From: Gammaproteobacteria bacterium
GTDB taxonomy: Bacteria > Pseudomonadota > Gammaproteobacteria > Eutrophobiales > Eutrophobiaceae
Direction of reading: 5' to 3'
Assembly: GCA_965215365.1 (NCBI GenBank)
Contig: CBDCDS010000003.1
Location: forward strand, 2,144,001-2,208,000
DNA: 64,000 nt
A program made the position numbers and the translations under genes. The notes under the pieces are model-generated. The model saw nothing but the letters and a program-made list of their open reading frames with translations, was not told the origin of the DNA and did no database searches. Shown one piece after another: positions 51,478 through 60,359 of this stretch (position 1 is the first letter of the stretch; every line of letters begins with the position of its first letter).

Positions 51478-52006
51478 GCGCCCGGAAGTGCCGTTGATGG
51501 GTTTCGCCGCCTGGAGCGGCACCGGGAAAACCACCCTGCTGGTCAACCTGCTGGGGATATTCACCGCCCGCGGCCTGCACGTGGGTGTTATCAAACATGC
51601 TCACCACACCTTTGAAATCGATTATCCGGGCAAGGACAGCTACGAACTGCGCAAAGCCGGCGCCAGTCAGGTGCTGATTGGCTCTGACAAACGCTGGGCG
51701 CTGTTGGTGGAGCATCAGGACGAGGATGACAAACCCCAGGATAAGCCCTTGGCATACCACCTCCGACACCTGGACCTGGAGCACCTGGACCTGATTCTGG
51801 TGGAAGGCTTCAAACCCGAAGCCATTCCCAAAATAGAACTGCACCGCCCCAGCCTGGGACATGATTTACTGTATCCTGGTGATGAAAGTATCATTGCGGT
51901 GGCGACCGACACGGAGTCGTCCGTCGCCACCGATTTACCACTGCTGGACCTGAACGACCCACAACAGATCGCACAGTTTATTATTGACCGCTACAGTCTG
52001 AGCTAA
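51470..52006 (+). CDS. mobB: Molybdopterin-guanine dinucleotide biosynthesis protein B
   Basis: AAWSGTGKTTL, IKHAHH, GKDSYELRKAGA, LVEGFK. Confidence 0.95.
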   Translation: MPERPEVPLMGFAAWSGTGKTTLLVNLLGIFTARGLHVGVIKHAHHTFEIDYPGKDSYELRKAGASQVLIGSDKRWALLVEHQDEDDKPQDKPLAYHLRHLDLEHLDLILVEGFKPEAIPKIELHRPSLGHDLLYPGDESIIAVATDTESSVATDLPLLDLNDPQQIAQFIIDRYSLS

Positions 52007-52039
52007 CGGCGGATTTAATCCTGTTTATCCTGCATCTCC

Positions 52040-53308
52040 ATGTCAAACAAACACCTTGAAAAAGACCCCAGTTGCAAGGACGACTTTGACCCGAAGTCAC
52101 TGTCGGCCCATGCTGCCCTGGAGCAGGTAAAGGCTGGCGTCAAACCCATCAGGGGCATCGAGAAAATCGCCATTCGGGAGGCGCTGAACCGTATCCTGGC
52201 CGAGGATATCCGTTCCCGCATCAATGTGCCTTCCGGCACTAACTCCGCAATGGATGGCTATGCGGTACATGGTGCGGCTATCCCCGCCGACGGCACGGCC
52301 GAGTTGACGGTGCTAGGTACGGCCTGGGCCGGCAAGCCCTTCACCGGCACGGTCACGCCTGAAGGCTGTGTGCGTATTATGACCGGCGCAATCATGCCGG
52401 CCGGCACCGACACCGTGATCATCCAGGAGGACGTACAGGTCACGGCAACGGGCATCAGGATCGACAACGCGACCGGCGGCGGCGACAATGTGCGTCAGGC
52501 CGGTGAAGACATCGCCGTCGGCGACCTGGTATTGACCCGGGGCCGGCGCCTGAACCCCGCCGACATCGGCCTGCTGGCTTCGCTGGGCATGGCCGAGGTC
52601 TGTGTGACGCGGCGCCTGCGGGTGGCGTTTTTTTCCACCGGGGATGAACTGCGTTCCCTAGGTGATTCCCTGAGTGACGGTGCCATCTACGACAGCAACC
52701 GCTACACCTTGTACGGGATGTTGACGCGCCTGGGCACCGACATCATCGACATGGGCGTAATCAAAGACGACCTGAACGCCTTGGAAGACGCCTTTGCTGT
52801 GGCCGGCGCCAATGCCGACGTCCTCATTACCTCTGGCGGCGTCTCCGTCGGCGAGGCGGATTACATCAAGCAAGTCCTCGCCAAGCTGGGCCAGGTGGAC
52901 TTCTGGAAAGTCGCCATCAAGCCCGGCCGCCCGCTCGCCTTCGGCCAGGTCGGTGACGCCGTATTTTTCGGACTGCCGGGCAACCCGGTGTCGGTCATGG
53001 TGACTTTCTACGAGTTCGTACAACCGGCGCTACGCAAAATGACCGGCGAGGATACCACCGGCGCGCTGACCCTGAAAGCGCGTTGCGATTCCCACCTGAA
53101 AAAACGCCCCGGCCGGGTGGAATACCAGCGCGGCATCCTGCAACAGGACGCCGACGGCAACCTGACCGTCAGCAAAACCGGCGCCCAGGGCTCCGGCATA
53201 CTCACCTCAATGTCGCAAGCCAACTGTTTTATCATTCTGCCACTTGAAGCAAGCGGCATAGAACCGGGCATGTACGTGGATATTCAGCCTTTTTCGGGGT
53301 TGATTTGA
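52040..53308 (+). CDS. moeA: Molybdopterin molybdotransferase MoeA
   Basis: NSAMDGYAV, RIMTGA, STGDEL, SGGVSVG, GLPGNPVS. Confidence 0.97.
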   Translation: MSNKHLEKDPSCKDDFDPKSLSAHAALEQVKAGVKPIRGIEKIAIREALNRILAEDIRSRINVPSGTNSAMDGYAVHGAAIPADGTAELTVLGTAWAGKPFTGTVTPEGCVRIMTGAIMPAGTDTVIIQEDVQVTATGIRIDNATGGGDNVRQAGEDIAVGDLVLTRGRRLNPADIGLLASLGMAEVCVTRRLRVAFFSTGDELRSLGDSLSDGAIYDSNRYTLYGMLTRLGTDIIDMGVIKDDLNALEDAFAVAGANADVLITSGGVSVGEADYIKQVLAKLGQVDFWKVAIKPGRPLAFGQVGDAVFFGLPGNPVSVMVTFYEFVQPALRKMTGEDTTGALTLKARCDSHLKKRPGRVEYQRGILQQDADGNLTVSKTGAQGSGILTSMSQANCFIILPLEASGIEPGMYVDIQPFSGLI

Positions 53309-53497
53309 ATGACAGATAAAATGAGAGAAATGATGCCACAACTAGATGTTCTTCAATCCATTCTGAGAGATAGCAATTACAATCTGTCTCTGTTCTCGGA
53401 ACATGAGCTCGGTGCACTGAGAGAAAGGGTCCAAACCAGACATAAAGGAGAAAAATAAACCCATTTTGTGAAATGTATTATTCGAAATAACGAATAA
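53309..53497 (+). pseudogene. N-terminal remnant of a restriction-modification protein (HsdR_N/N6-methylase-type)
   Basis: Reads ...LQSILRDSNYNLSLFSEHELGALRERVQTRHKGEK*THFVKCIIRNNE*, with in-frame stops; resembles from memory the IL(K/R)DSNYxL...(Y/F)VxCxxR start of such proteins. Confidence 0.5.
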
Positions 53498-53547
53498 ACG
53501 GCGATGGATTGGCTGAATACACGGGCACAGGGGCATATGCAAGATGG

Positions 53548-53964
53548 CTACAAGCAGGATTGCTGTGAAATATAGTCTGTCATTGATGTGGCAACCGAAG
53601 GGAATGCTTCATGAATTTTTTTGTCTTCGGTGACAAGTGAGCAATTAAGATATTCCGCAAGAGCAACAAATTCGCAGTCATATGACGAGCAAGCACTTTT
53701 GTCTACATACTTGAGCACTTGTGAGGACGCAACATCAAACTCGTTGTTGAGCATAACCGCCTCAGCAGACTCCTGCAGTTGCAGCGCTCGTTGAAAAGAA
53801 ATCTGCTTCTTTCTCAAATAAAGCGCCAACACACTGCGAAATTCACTTCTCCATAGAACAGGCGCCGCCCAGTTCGAATCAAGCCGGTACAATCTATCAG
53901 CTGCATCTGAATAGGGGGTAGGCAACAAAAAATAGGAGATAATATTGGTATCCGCAACGATCAC
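53548..53964 (-). CDS. vapC: VapC-family PIN toxin
   Basis: MIVADTNIISY, WRSEFRSVL, SSYDCEFVALA, LVTEDKK. Confidence 0.92.
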   Translation of the reverse strand: MIVADTNIISYFLLPTPYSDAADRLYRLDSNWAAPVLWRSEFRSVLALYLRKKQISFQRALQLQESAEAVMLNNEFDVASSQVLKYVDKSACSSYDCEFVALAEYLNCSLVTEDKKIHEAFPSVATSMTDYISQQSCL

Positions 53965-54203
53965 AGGCGGCCTTCATCAATGGCGCGACTGATGTCTTCT
54001 GCGGAGACAACATCAGGCCGGATCTGTGAGCGGAGCATGCGGATATCCCTTAGCCTGTCCTCTGGCTTGATTCTTACAGACTGCAAGCTGCGTTTAAGGC
54101 AAACGATCACCTCACTGTTAATGCTCCGGTGATGGTGCTCGGCGGCAAGTTTGAGATCCTGATAGAGGTCATACGGAATATTTTTTATGGTCAAGGCAGG
54201 CAT
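53961..54203 (-). CDS. Arc/FitA-like RHH antitoxin
   Basis: MPALTIKNIP...LKLAAEHHHRSINSEVIVCL...AIDEGR; overlaps the vapC start. Confidence 0.88.
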   Translation of the reverse strand: MPALTIKNIPYDLYQDLKLAAEHHHRSINSEVIVCLKRSLQSVRIKPEDRLRDIRMLRSQIRPDVVSAEDISRAIDEGRL

Positions 54204-54269
54204 TGAACGCATCTCTGTGCAAGGCTGTGCTGCCATTGTGGTTGCATTATGGAATATTGTCAATAAATA

Positions 54270-54430
54270 ATCCTGAAGGACAAGTAAGCAAGAGCTTAAG
54301 GAACTCGATAACAGACTTGTGTCCGACCCGCACCTTTATGGTTTATTCCGGTGATGATACCTATCCCGTGGCCAGGGATATCGACGCTATCGGCTTGATA
54401 GGTTGCCGTCCTGGTCGATTGCGCACCTGA
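54270..54430 (+). pseudogene. C-terminal remnant of an AAA_14/DUF4143 ATP-binding protein
   Basis: ...VSKSLRNSITDLCPTRTFMVYSGDDTYPVARDIDAIGL resembles the family C-terminus as recalled; no N-terminal part. Confidence 0.55.
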
Positions 54431-54599
54431 AGCCGGAATCCTGAGCGGTGAGAAAATTCCGCACTGAATCCCGGGCGGTTCGAGTAGGCAGTTCTGTCAA
54501 GGGCATAATCAATAACTCAATGCTGAAAAAAGAGGGCGACAGTGATGCAAGATATTAGCATAGTTGGAATAGTTTAGCTTAATAAACAAGTGCTTGCGA

Positions 54600-55529
54600 C
54601 TACAACTTGATGTCCATCCCGTCGTAGGACACTTCCCAGCCGGCGGCTTCCACTTGCCGGCGTTCGGCGCTGTTGGCAAACAGGATCGGGTTGGTGGTGT
54701 TGATGTGGATGAAGACTTTACGCCGGAGACCTAGGTCTTTCAGTGCGGCAAGGGCGCCGTCTGCCCCGGAGACGCTGAGGTGGCCCATGCGTTGGCCGGT
54801 CTTGATGCCTACACCGTCGCGGATCATCTCGTCGTCCACCCACAGAGTGCCGTCAAAGAAAATCAGGTCGGCGCCGCGAATGCGCGTAGCGAGTTCCGGT
54901 GTCACCCGGGCGCAGGCCGGCATGTAATAAAATGACTTGCCATTGTTAGTATCTTCCACATACAGGGCAATGGTATCCTCGGCGACGGAACCGAAATCCT
55001 TGCCCTTGCTTTCGTCTTCTAGCCACAGCGCCACCTTACCCGGCACGGCAAAGGGCGTTATGCGTAGCCCCATGGCGTTGCCGTCCGGCCTTAGCAGTTC
55101 CAGAGATTCGTCCAAGGTCATGGGTTCGCGGCTGACGAATTTCGGGTTCAGCACATTGAAGATGGTATTCGCCTGTAGCACGCCCAATACCCGCCGGGTG
55201 GCATAGATGCGTAGCGGCTGCGATTCGCGCAGGTTCAGCAGTCCCGCCACATGGTCCACATCGGCGTTGGTCAGCACCGCGCCCATGATCGGGCTGTGGC
55301 GCAGATCTTTTTGCGGATGCAGGATGTCGTTGTCATTGATCTGCTGGCGCAGGTCCGGCGAGGCGTTGAACAGATACCAGTCCTCCCCGTCGGCGCTGAT
55401 GGCGATGGATGACTGAGTGCGCGACGGTGCCGCCGGGTCATCCTGTCTGGCCCGCCTGCTGTTGGGATGGTTGCAGTTCCACTGCGGGTAGCCACCGCCG
55501 GCGGCCGCGCCTAATACTCTGATGTGCAT
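54600..55529 (-). CDS. pqqB: PQQ biosynthesis protein PqqB
   Basis: VLGAAAGGGYPQWNC, RTQSSIA, NASPDLRQQI, DGTLW, RMGH, IHINTTNP, YDGM. Confidence 0.95.
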   Translation of the reverse strand: MHIRVLGAAAGGGYPQWNCNHPNSRRARQDDPAAPSRTQSSIAISADGEDWYLFNASPDLRQQINDNDILHPQKDLRHSPIMGAVLTNADVDHVAGLLNLRESQPLRIYATRRVLGVLQANTIFNVLNPKFVSREPMTLDESLELLRPDGNAMGLRITPFAVPGKVALWLEDESKGKDFGSVAEDTIALYVEDTNNGKSFYYMPACARVTPELATRIRGADLIFFDGTLWVDDEMIRDGVGIKTGQRMGHLSVSGADGALAALKDLGLRRKVFIHINTTNPILFANSAERRQVEAAGWEVSYDGMDIKL

Positions 55530-55552
55530 TTTATAAACTCTGGCGTGTTAAG

Positions 55553-55618
55553 TCCGCAGATGACGCAGATGAACGCAGTAAATTTGCTTTATCTGCGTTC
55601 ATCTGCGTCATCTGCGGA
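55553..55618. repeat. CGCAGAT-family perfect hairpin (26-bp stem, 14-nt loop)
   Basis: TCCGCAGATGACGCAGATGAACGCAG (55553-55578) / CTGCGTTCATCTGCGTCATCTGCGGA (55593-55618). Confidence 0.93.
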
Positions 55619-56056
55619 TAAATATCCGGTAGTATTCCGCTCGACCCAGCGCGCGCCGCCACTGACCACTTCCTTTTTCCAGAACGGCGCCTTGTGCTTG
55701 AGGTCCTCAATGATGAAGCGGGTGGCGTCGATGGCATCGCCACGGTGTGCAGACCAGGTGGCAATAAGCACAATGTCTTCGCCGACTTCAATGTCCCCGG
55801 TGCGGTGCAGCAGCAGGATGTCGTGTACTGCCCACTGTTCGACCGCCTGTGCGCAGATCTCCTGTAAGTGCTTCTCGGTCATGCCAGGATAATGCTCCAG
55901 GGTCATGGCGCCGACCTCCTCACCGTCGTTGAAGTCGCGCATCGTGCCGATGAAAATGCTGGTGGCGCCGGATTTACCAGGATTCCCGGTCGCCGTGCGC
56001 TGGTTCATTACTTCAGCCGCGGCGTCAAAGGGCGCTGGTCTCAGCTCTACCCGCAT
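55589..56056 (-). CDS. moaE: Molybdopterin synthase catalytic subunit
   Basis: FIGTMRDFN, LEHYPGMTE, SAHR, LKHKAPFWKKE. Confidence 0.95.
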   Translation of the reverse strand: MRVELRPAPFDAAAEVMNQRTATGNPGKSGATSIFIGTMRDFNDGEEVGAMTLEHYPGMTEKHLQEICAQAVEQWAVHDILLLHRTGDIEVGEDIVLIATWSAHRGDAIDATRFIIEDLKHKAPFWKKEVVSGGARWVERNTTGYLSADDADERR

Positions 56057-56068
56057 AATACGTAGCTC

Positions 56069-56302
56069 TCACCCGCCGGTAACGGGAGGGAAGAAGGCAA
56101 CCTCGTCACCCTCTTGCAATTCAGGGTCGCCCTTGACGTGTTCCATGTTAACGGCTACCAGCATGGACGCGGGCATTTCAGCAGCGCCGCTGGCCCAGGT
56201 CCAGACCTCCGAGACCTTGAGGCCGGGCTTGAAATCCAGCCGGTCTTCGGCGCGCCCTAAATCCTCGCGGATGCGGGCAAAAAACTTGACTTTGATAGAC
56301 AT
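56069..56302 (-). CDS. moaD: Molybdopterin synthase sulfur carrier subunit
   Basis: VKFFARIRE, AVN, DEVAFFPPVTGG. Confidence 0.95.
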   Translation of the reverse strand: MSIKVKFFARIREDLGRAEDRLDFKPGLKVSEVWTWASGAAEMPASMLVAVNMEHVKGDPELQEGDEVAFFPPVTGG

Positions 56303-56459
56303 GTGTTGTCCTGCGTGCCAACCTTTAACCTGCAAATCTCACCAAGTCGCTTGTTGCCTTATGGAACATTTTTGCTATCAATAAGTTATGATAATTTGGT
56401 GAGATATGCGGGTTAGGTATTGTCGTATTATACGCATAACACACCAAGAATGAATCTTT

Positions 56460-56945
56460 ATGGCAAAACTGACACATTTTAACGAGACTGGCGAAGCACA
56501 CATGGTGGATATCGGCGGCAAGGATTCAACACGCCGTATCGCCATCGCTGAAGGAACCATTACCATGCAGGACGGTACGCTGAAGCTGATTATGGAGGGA
56601 GGGCATAAAAAAGGAGAGGTGCTGGGAATCGCCAGAGTGGCCGGCATCATGGCGGCAAAGAAAACTGCGGAACTGGTGCCGTTGTGTCATCCGTTGGCGC
56701 TCAGCCATATCGATATAAGCCTTGAACCCAGACCCGCTGAGGGCGCGGTGTATTGCCAGGCCCGGGTGGAGACCATCGGCCCCACCGGGGTTGAAATGGA
56801 GGCGTTGAACGCGGTGCAGGTGACCCTGCTGACGATCTACGATATGTGCAAGGCCGTGGACCGGGGCATGAGCATCGAGACGGTGCGGCTGCTGGAGAAA
56901 TCAGGTGGAAAGTGTGATTTTTCGTTTCCGTTTAACCATACTTGA
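56460..56945 (+). CDS. moaC: Cyclic pyranopterin monophosphate synthase
   Basis: [37 protein letters not shown]. Confidence 0.97.
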   Translation: MAKLTHFNETGEAHMVDIGGKDSTRRIAIAEGTITMQDGTLKLIMEGGHKKGEVLGIARVAGIMAAKKTAELVPLCHPLALSHIDISLEPRPAEGAVYCQARVETIGPTGVEMEALNAVQVTLLTIYDMCKAVDRGMSIETVRLLEKSGGKCDFSFPFNHT

Positions 56946-57321
56946 TGTACTTGAAGCGCGGATCGTCCGGCGTGCCGTCCAGGGCGCTGTCTGCGTCCAC
57001 ACCGGGCTGCCACATGACGACCTCTTCGATTTTCCTTGCCAGTTCGAAGTCCTTGTCTGTGACCCCTTTAGCCGCGTGGTTCATCAGTTTGACGACCACG
57101 AAGGCGTAGCTGGCGCTCAGGTCAGGGTGGTGCCAGGCTGCTTCGGCCAGATGCCCGACCGTGTTGATCACCATTAGCGTACCTTTCCAGCCGCTGGTGT
57201 TGTATTTGCGCCGGATCCAGCCGTCTTCGTAATACCAGTGCGGCAGCTCGTCCTTGAGCCGCTGTTCAATCTCGGCCACCTCGTAGGTGGTGTCTTGCGT
57301 TGCTTTGCGCCACTTTGCCAT
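56932..57321 (-). CDS. Pterin-4a-carbinolamine dehydratase (PcbD type of C1-transfer clusters)
   Basis: [24 protein letters not shown]. Confidence 0.88.
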   Translation of the reverse strand: MAKWRKATQDTTYEVAEIEQRLKDELPHWYYEDGWIRRKYNTSGWKGTLMVINTVGHLAEAAWHHPDLSASYAFVVVKLMNHAAKGVTDKDFELARKIEEVVMWQPGVDADSALDGTPDDPRFKYIKYG

Positions 57322-57333
57322 GGTTGTTCTCCG

Positions 57334-58065
57334 TTATGGAATACGTTCGGACTGACATTGTAGCAAATTGTTGTTTTTGGGCACTCTACTTTTGGGAATC
57401 AGTTTCCTGATTTCTGCCACTTTGGCAGTGTCTATCTGCGCAGTACGCCGGTGTTGTTGACACAAGGCAGCGCGAAAGCCCAGGTAGTCCGGGTTAATAC
57501 GCAGCAACGGCATAATATCTGCACAGGTAAGAGACCCTGCCAGACCGGTGAGCAGTCCTGAATGTTGGGCCTGATTCACAAATTCAGCCAGCGCGCCGTC
57601 ATCAAGTTTGTCCCGCAGGTTGCCGTTTGCTTTCTCGCAGGTATCCAGCATGACCCCGGTGATGCCTCCCCGTCGAAGCTGCTGAAAATCGATGGCAGCT
57701 GGATACAGTTCGGCAAAAAAAACCAGCACCATGGAGATACCCCGGCCTGCGAGGCGCTCCAGGACGGATAGCATGAACGGTGAGAGAGTCCGGTCAAACA
57801 CGCCGACCTTGACGATATCGACGCCACAGGCGTGCATGCCGATGACGCGAGCCTCCAGTTCCCTGGCATAGACCGGGAGGTCGCCGATAGTGGCGCTGAG
57901 CAGGGTATTGTTATCCGGCAGCAACGCGCTGGCGCGTACGCTGTCTTCATGCAGCGCACCCAGTGCCCCCCGGGTCGGGTCCTTCAGGTCGATCACGTCC
58001 ACCCCCAGCGCACACACCCGCTGCGCCTCAGCCGGCGATGCGACACTGGCAAGAAATCCGGTCAT
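57334..58065 (-). CDS. mfnB: (5-formylfuran-3-yl)methyl phosphate synthase (MfnB/Orf22-like)
   Basis: FLASV, IDLKDPTRGALG, SATIGD, VKVG, MLDT.EK, GLAGSL, PDYLGFR. Confidence 0.85.
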   Translation of the reverse strand: MTGFLASVASPAEAQRVCALGVDVIDLKDPTRGALGALHEDSVRASALLPDNNTLLSATIGDLPVYARELEARVIGMHACGVDIVKVGVFDRTLSPFMLSVLERLAGRGISMVLVFFAELYPAAIDFQQLRRGGITGVMLDTCEKANGNLRDKLDDGALAEFVNQAQHSGLLTGLAGSLTCADIMPLLRINPDYLGFRAALCQQHRRTAQIDTAKVAEIRKLIPKSRVPKNNNLLQCQSERIP

Positions 58066-58078
58066 GGCCGGTCTTCGT

Positions 58079-58630
58079 TCATGCGTAATAATTCTCCACT
58101 TTTTCCAGCAACCATTGCCACGCGGTGCGCTCGTTCTCCCCGGCAGTCTTGCTGATGGCAAGGTCCAGATATTTCAGTTCCGAGCGAATCTTGTGCTCCG
58201 GCAGCAGGTGCAGGCGGCTTACCAGGATTGCCGCTTCGACCACCGCGGCCTGGGCGCGGTTGAAGCCCGGGAATGGCCCATGGGTAGCGCGGTACACCGG
58301 GCTACAGGTAAATACCGGCCGCAATTCGTGGTCCTGGCGGCTTGCGACCCGGACTTCTATGTGGGCCAGTGCCGCAGCCAGACGTTGGCAGGGGATCTGA
58401 GTCGCCGCCGCCAGCGGCCAGTCCCGGCGACCGGTCAGACACCCGGCGAAGATCAACACGTCTGTTGTGGCGTTAATCACCGCCACCCCGGAGTGTAGCA
58501 GATTATCCAGAGTCCGGGATGGCTTGAATGGGGCAATCAGGTATTTTTCGTGCCTGTGGCGAATGCCCATGGGGGCGATGTGCGTGCTCCCGTCCGGATT
58601 CATGGTGGTGATGACAGCTTCGTAAATCAT
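58079..58630 (-). CDS. DUF447-family H4MPT-cluster protein (Orf19-like)
   Basis: MIYEAVITT, HIAPMG, PFKPSRTLDNL, GFNRAQAAVVEAAILVSR, IAISK-like KTAG motif. Confidence 0.85.
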   Translation of the reverse strand: MIYEAVITTMNPDGSTHIAPMGIRHRHEKYLIAPFKPSRTLDNLLHSGVAVINATTDVLIFAGCLTGRRDWPLAAATQIPCQRLAAALAHIEVRVASRQDHELRPVFTCSPVYRATHGPFPGFNRAQAAVVEAAILVSRLHLLPEHKIRSELKYLDLAISKTAGENERTAWQWLLEKVENYYA

Positions 58631-60078
58631 GAGGATTTGCGCCTGCTCGCGCGTAACGTTGAGCCGGCGGATTGATATTCCTGCGCGGCACGATTCTTCA
58701 TATCGTGCGCGGACTGCCGGCGCTGTTGCCGTTGTTCGGTCTGTTCGGGGATGACTGCAACCCCCCAGTTCAGATCCTCATCCTGCACGTAACGCTTGCC
58801 CAGCTTCAGGGCGATCTCTGCCTTGGCCAACTCCATGCCCATATAGAAGGCATGAGGCGCATCGCGCTCCAGCAACTTCAGCGCCGGGAACAGCTGGTAG
58901 GGGTCCGGCCCCGTCACCAGACCGTCCCGATTAAACACGTGGATGCCTTCCGATGTGACTTCCACCCGGTAGCTGGGGTCGGTGATCTGTTCGGCCAGCT
59001 CCCGGACTTCGTCCAGGTCGTATGGAAACGGCTTGCGTTCATGGCCGGTCAACAGGCCGTGGTCGATACCCTTGGGCAGCCCCTCATCCTGTTTGGCCGC
59101 GTGCATGATGCGCCGGGCCCGATTCAGTTCGCGCACTACGGAACAGGCATGAGGACTGACTTCGGTTGCCAGCACGTGGTTGATATCCAGTTCCGATATG
59201 ATGCCGCACAACATGGCATTGATGCCGCTGGTGTCGGCCTCGGTCAACTCGGTAAGGTTGCCGGTGCCCATCAGGATTTCAATGCCGGGGTAGCGTTCCC
59301 GCAGCGCGTGGTAGCGGATAATGGACTCGGTAAAGCCAAAGTGCACCGGGTCCAGAATGCTATCAGCGATGAACGGCTTATCCTGTTCCAAGAAATGCTC
59401 TATCAGCCGGTACAAGGAAGACGTATCGGTGTGCTGCGCCGGGATCAGCACCGGCGTGGCCGCCGTCTCCTGCGCTATCCAGGCGCTGCCTTCATGCAGG
59501 CTGAGCAGGTAATCGGCACCGGCATTGGCGCCGCGCAACAGTTCCTTGTCGTCCAGGGAATCGACGCTGACCAAGTAGCCGGCCTCGTGCAAGGCTTGTA
59601 CGGCTTCCTCTAGGTGCGGGAACGGCGTGTCCGGCAGGCAACCGATGTCAATCACATCGGCGCCATCCCGTTGATAGCGGGCGGCCCTTGCCAGAATGCT
59701 TTCCACACTGAGCTGCGGCGCCTCCACGAGCTCGGCAAAAATACCCATGCTGTAGTCATCCAGACTGACCGGTTGCGCCGCGCGCCCGAAGAATACCGGC
59801 AGCTCCTTAACATCCACCGGGCCGCGCTGCACCGGTATTCCCAGCCGCTCACCCAGCGCCTCTAGGTCGCCCTGGCACAGCCCCGGCACAATGATGCGGT
59901 CTATACCTTGCACATCTTGCAGCCGACGCCCAATCATCTGTGCTGTCATCAGCGCGGCGACGCTGACCCCGATGTTGCGAACCTCGTAACCAAACTCCAC
60001 CGGCTGCATGGCGTTAAGCACGCGCTGCAAACGCTTTTGTGCAAGTTTACCGGTGAGAAAGAGAATCTGTTCGGTCAT
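58627..60078 (-). CDS. Dihydropteroate-synthase-like H4MPT biosynthesis protein (Orf20/DUF6513)
   Basis: ILFLTGKLA, VAALMT, GADVIDIGC, GNLTELTEAD, HAFYMGMELAKA, KRYVQDE. Confidence 0.85.
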   Translation of the reverse strand: MTEQILFLTGKLAQKRLQRVLNAMQPVEFGYEVRNIGVSVAALMTAQMIGRRLQDVQGIDRIIVPGLCQGDLEALGERLGIPVQRGPVDVKELPVFFGRAAQPVSLDDYSMGIFAELVEAPQLSVESILARAARYQRDGADVIDIGCLPDTPFPHLEEAVQALHEAGYLVSVDSLDDKELLRGANAGADYLLSLHEGSAWIAQETAATPVLIPAQHTDTSSLYRLIEHFLEQDKPFIADSILDPVHFGFTESIIRYHALRERYPGIEILMGTGNLTELTEADTSGINAMLCGIISELDINHVLATEVSPHACSVVRELNRARRIMHAAKQDEGLPKGIDHGLLTGHERKPFPYDLDEVRELAEQITDPSYRVEVTSEGIHVFNRDGLVTGPDPYQLFPALKLLERDAPHAFYMGMELAKAEIALKLGKRYVQDEDLNWGVAVIPEQTEQRQQRRQSAHDMKNRAAQEYQSAGSTLRASRRKSS

Positions 60079-60090
60079 GGAGCAGGTGAT

Positions 60091-60121
60091 TTATCCGCAG
60101 ATAACGCAGATTAGCGCAGAT
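60091..60121 (+). repeat. CGCAGAT-family dispersed repeat, single arm
   Basis: TTATCCGCAGATAACGCAGATTAGCGCAGAT. Confidence 0.85.
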
Positions 60122-60359
60122 GATGGGAACATAAAAGTCACATTGCTTTCAGAGCGTTGGGAGATTGGGAATTGCCATTGGCTGATATGAACCACTCATC
60201 ATCGAATGGTTTAATATGGCGCCTTGTCCTGCTATAATCTTTTTCTTATCGGTCTTATAAATTATTGTTTTCCATGATCTATTTTTTCTAATGTAAATAT
60301 CATGGGAACTGGCATGATTTTCGCCCTGTTTATTTGAGCAAACAAACGCAGAGGTGTAG

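Noticed and set aside
52017-52032. AATCCTGTTTATCCTG, a 9-nt periodic motif that might be another short repeat family
   Set aside because: A single short occurrence in the window; cannot be told from chance.
56340-56459. ModE box or Moco riboswitch between moaD and moaC
   Set aside because: AT-rich divergent promoter region, but no convincing match to either consensus by eye.
60008-60190. Short ORF as a candidate pqqA
   Set aside because: It overlaps orf20, is partly repeat-encoded (YPQITQISAD) and lacks the ExxxY core.
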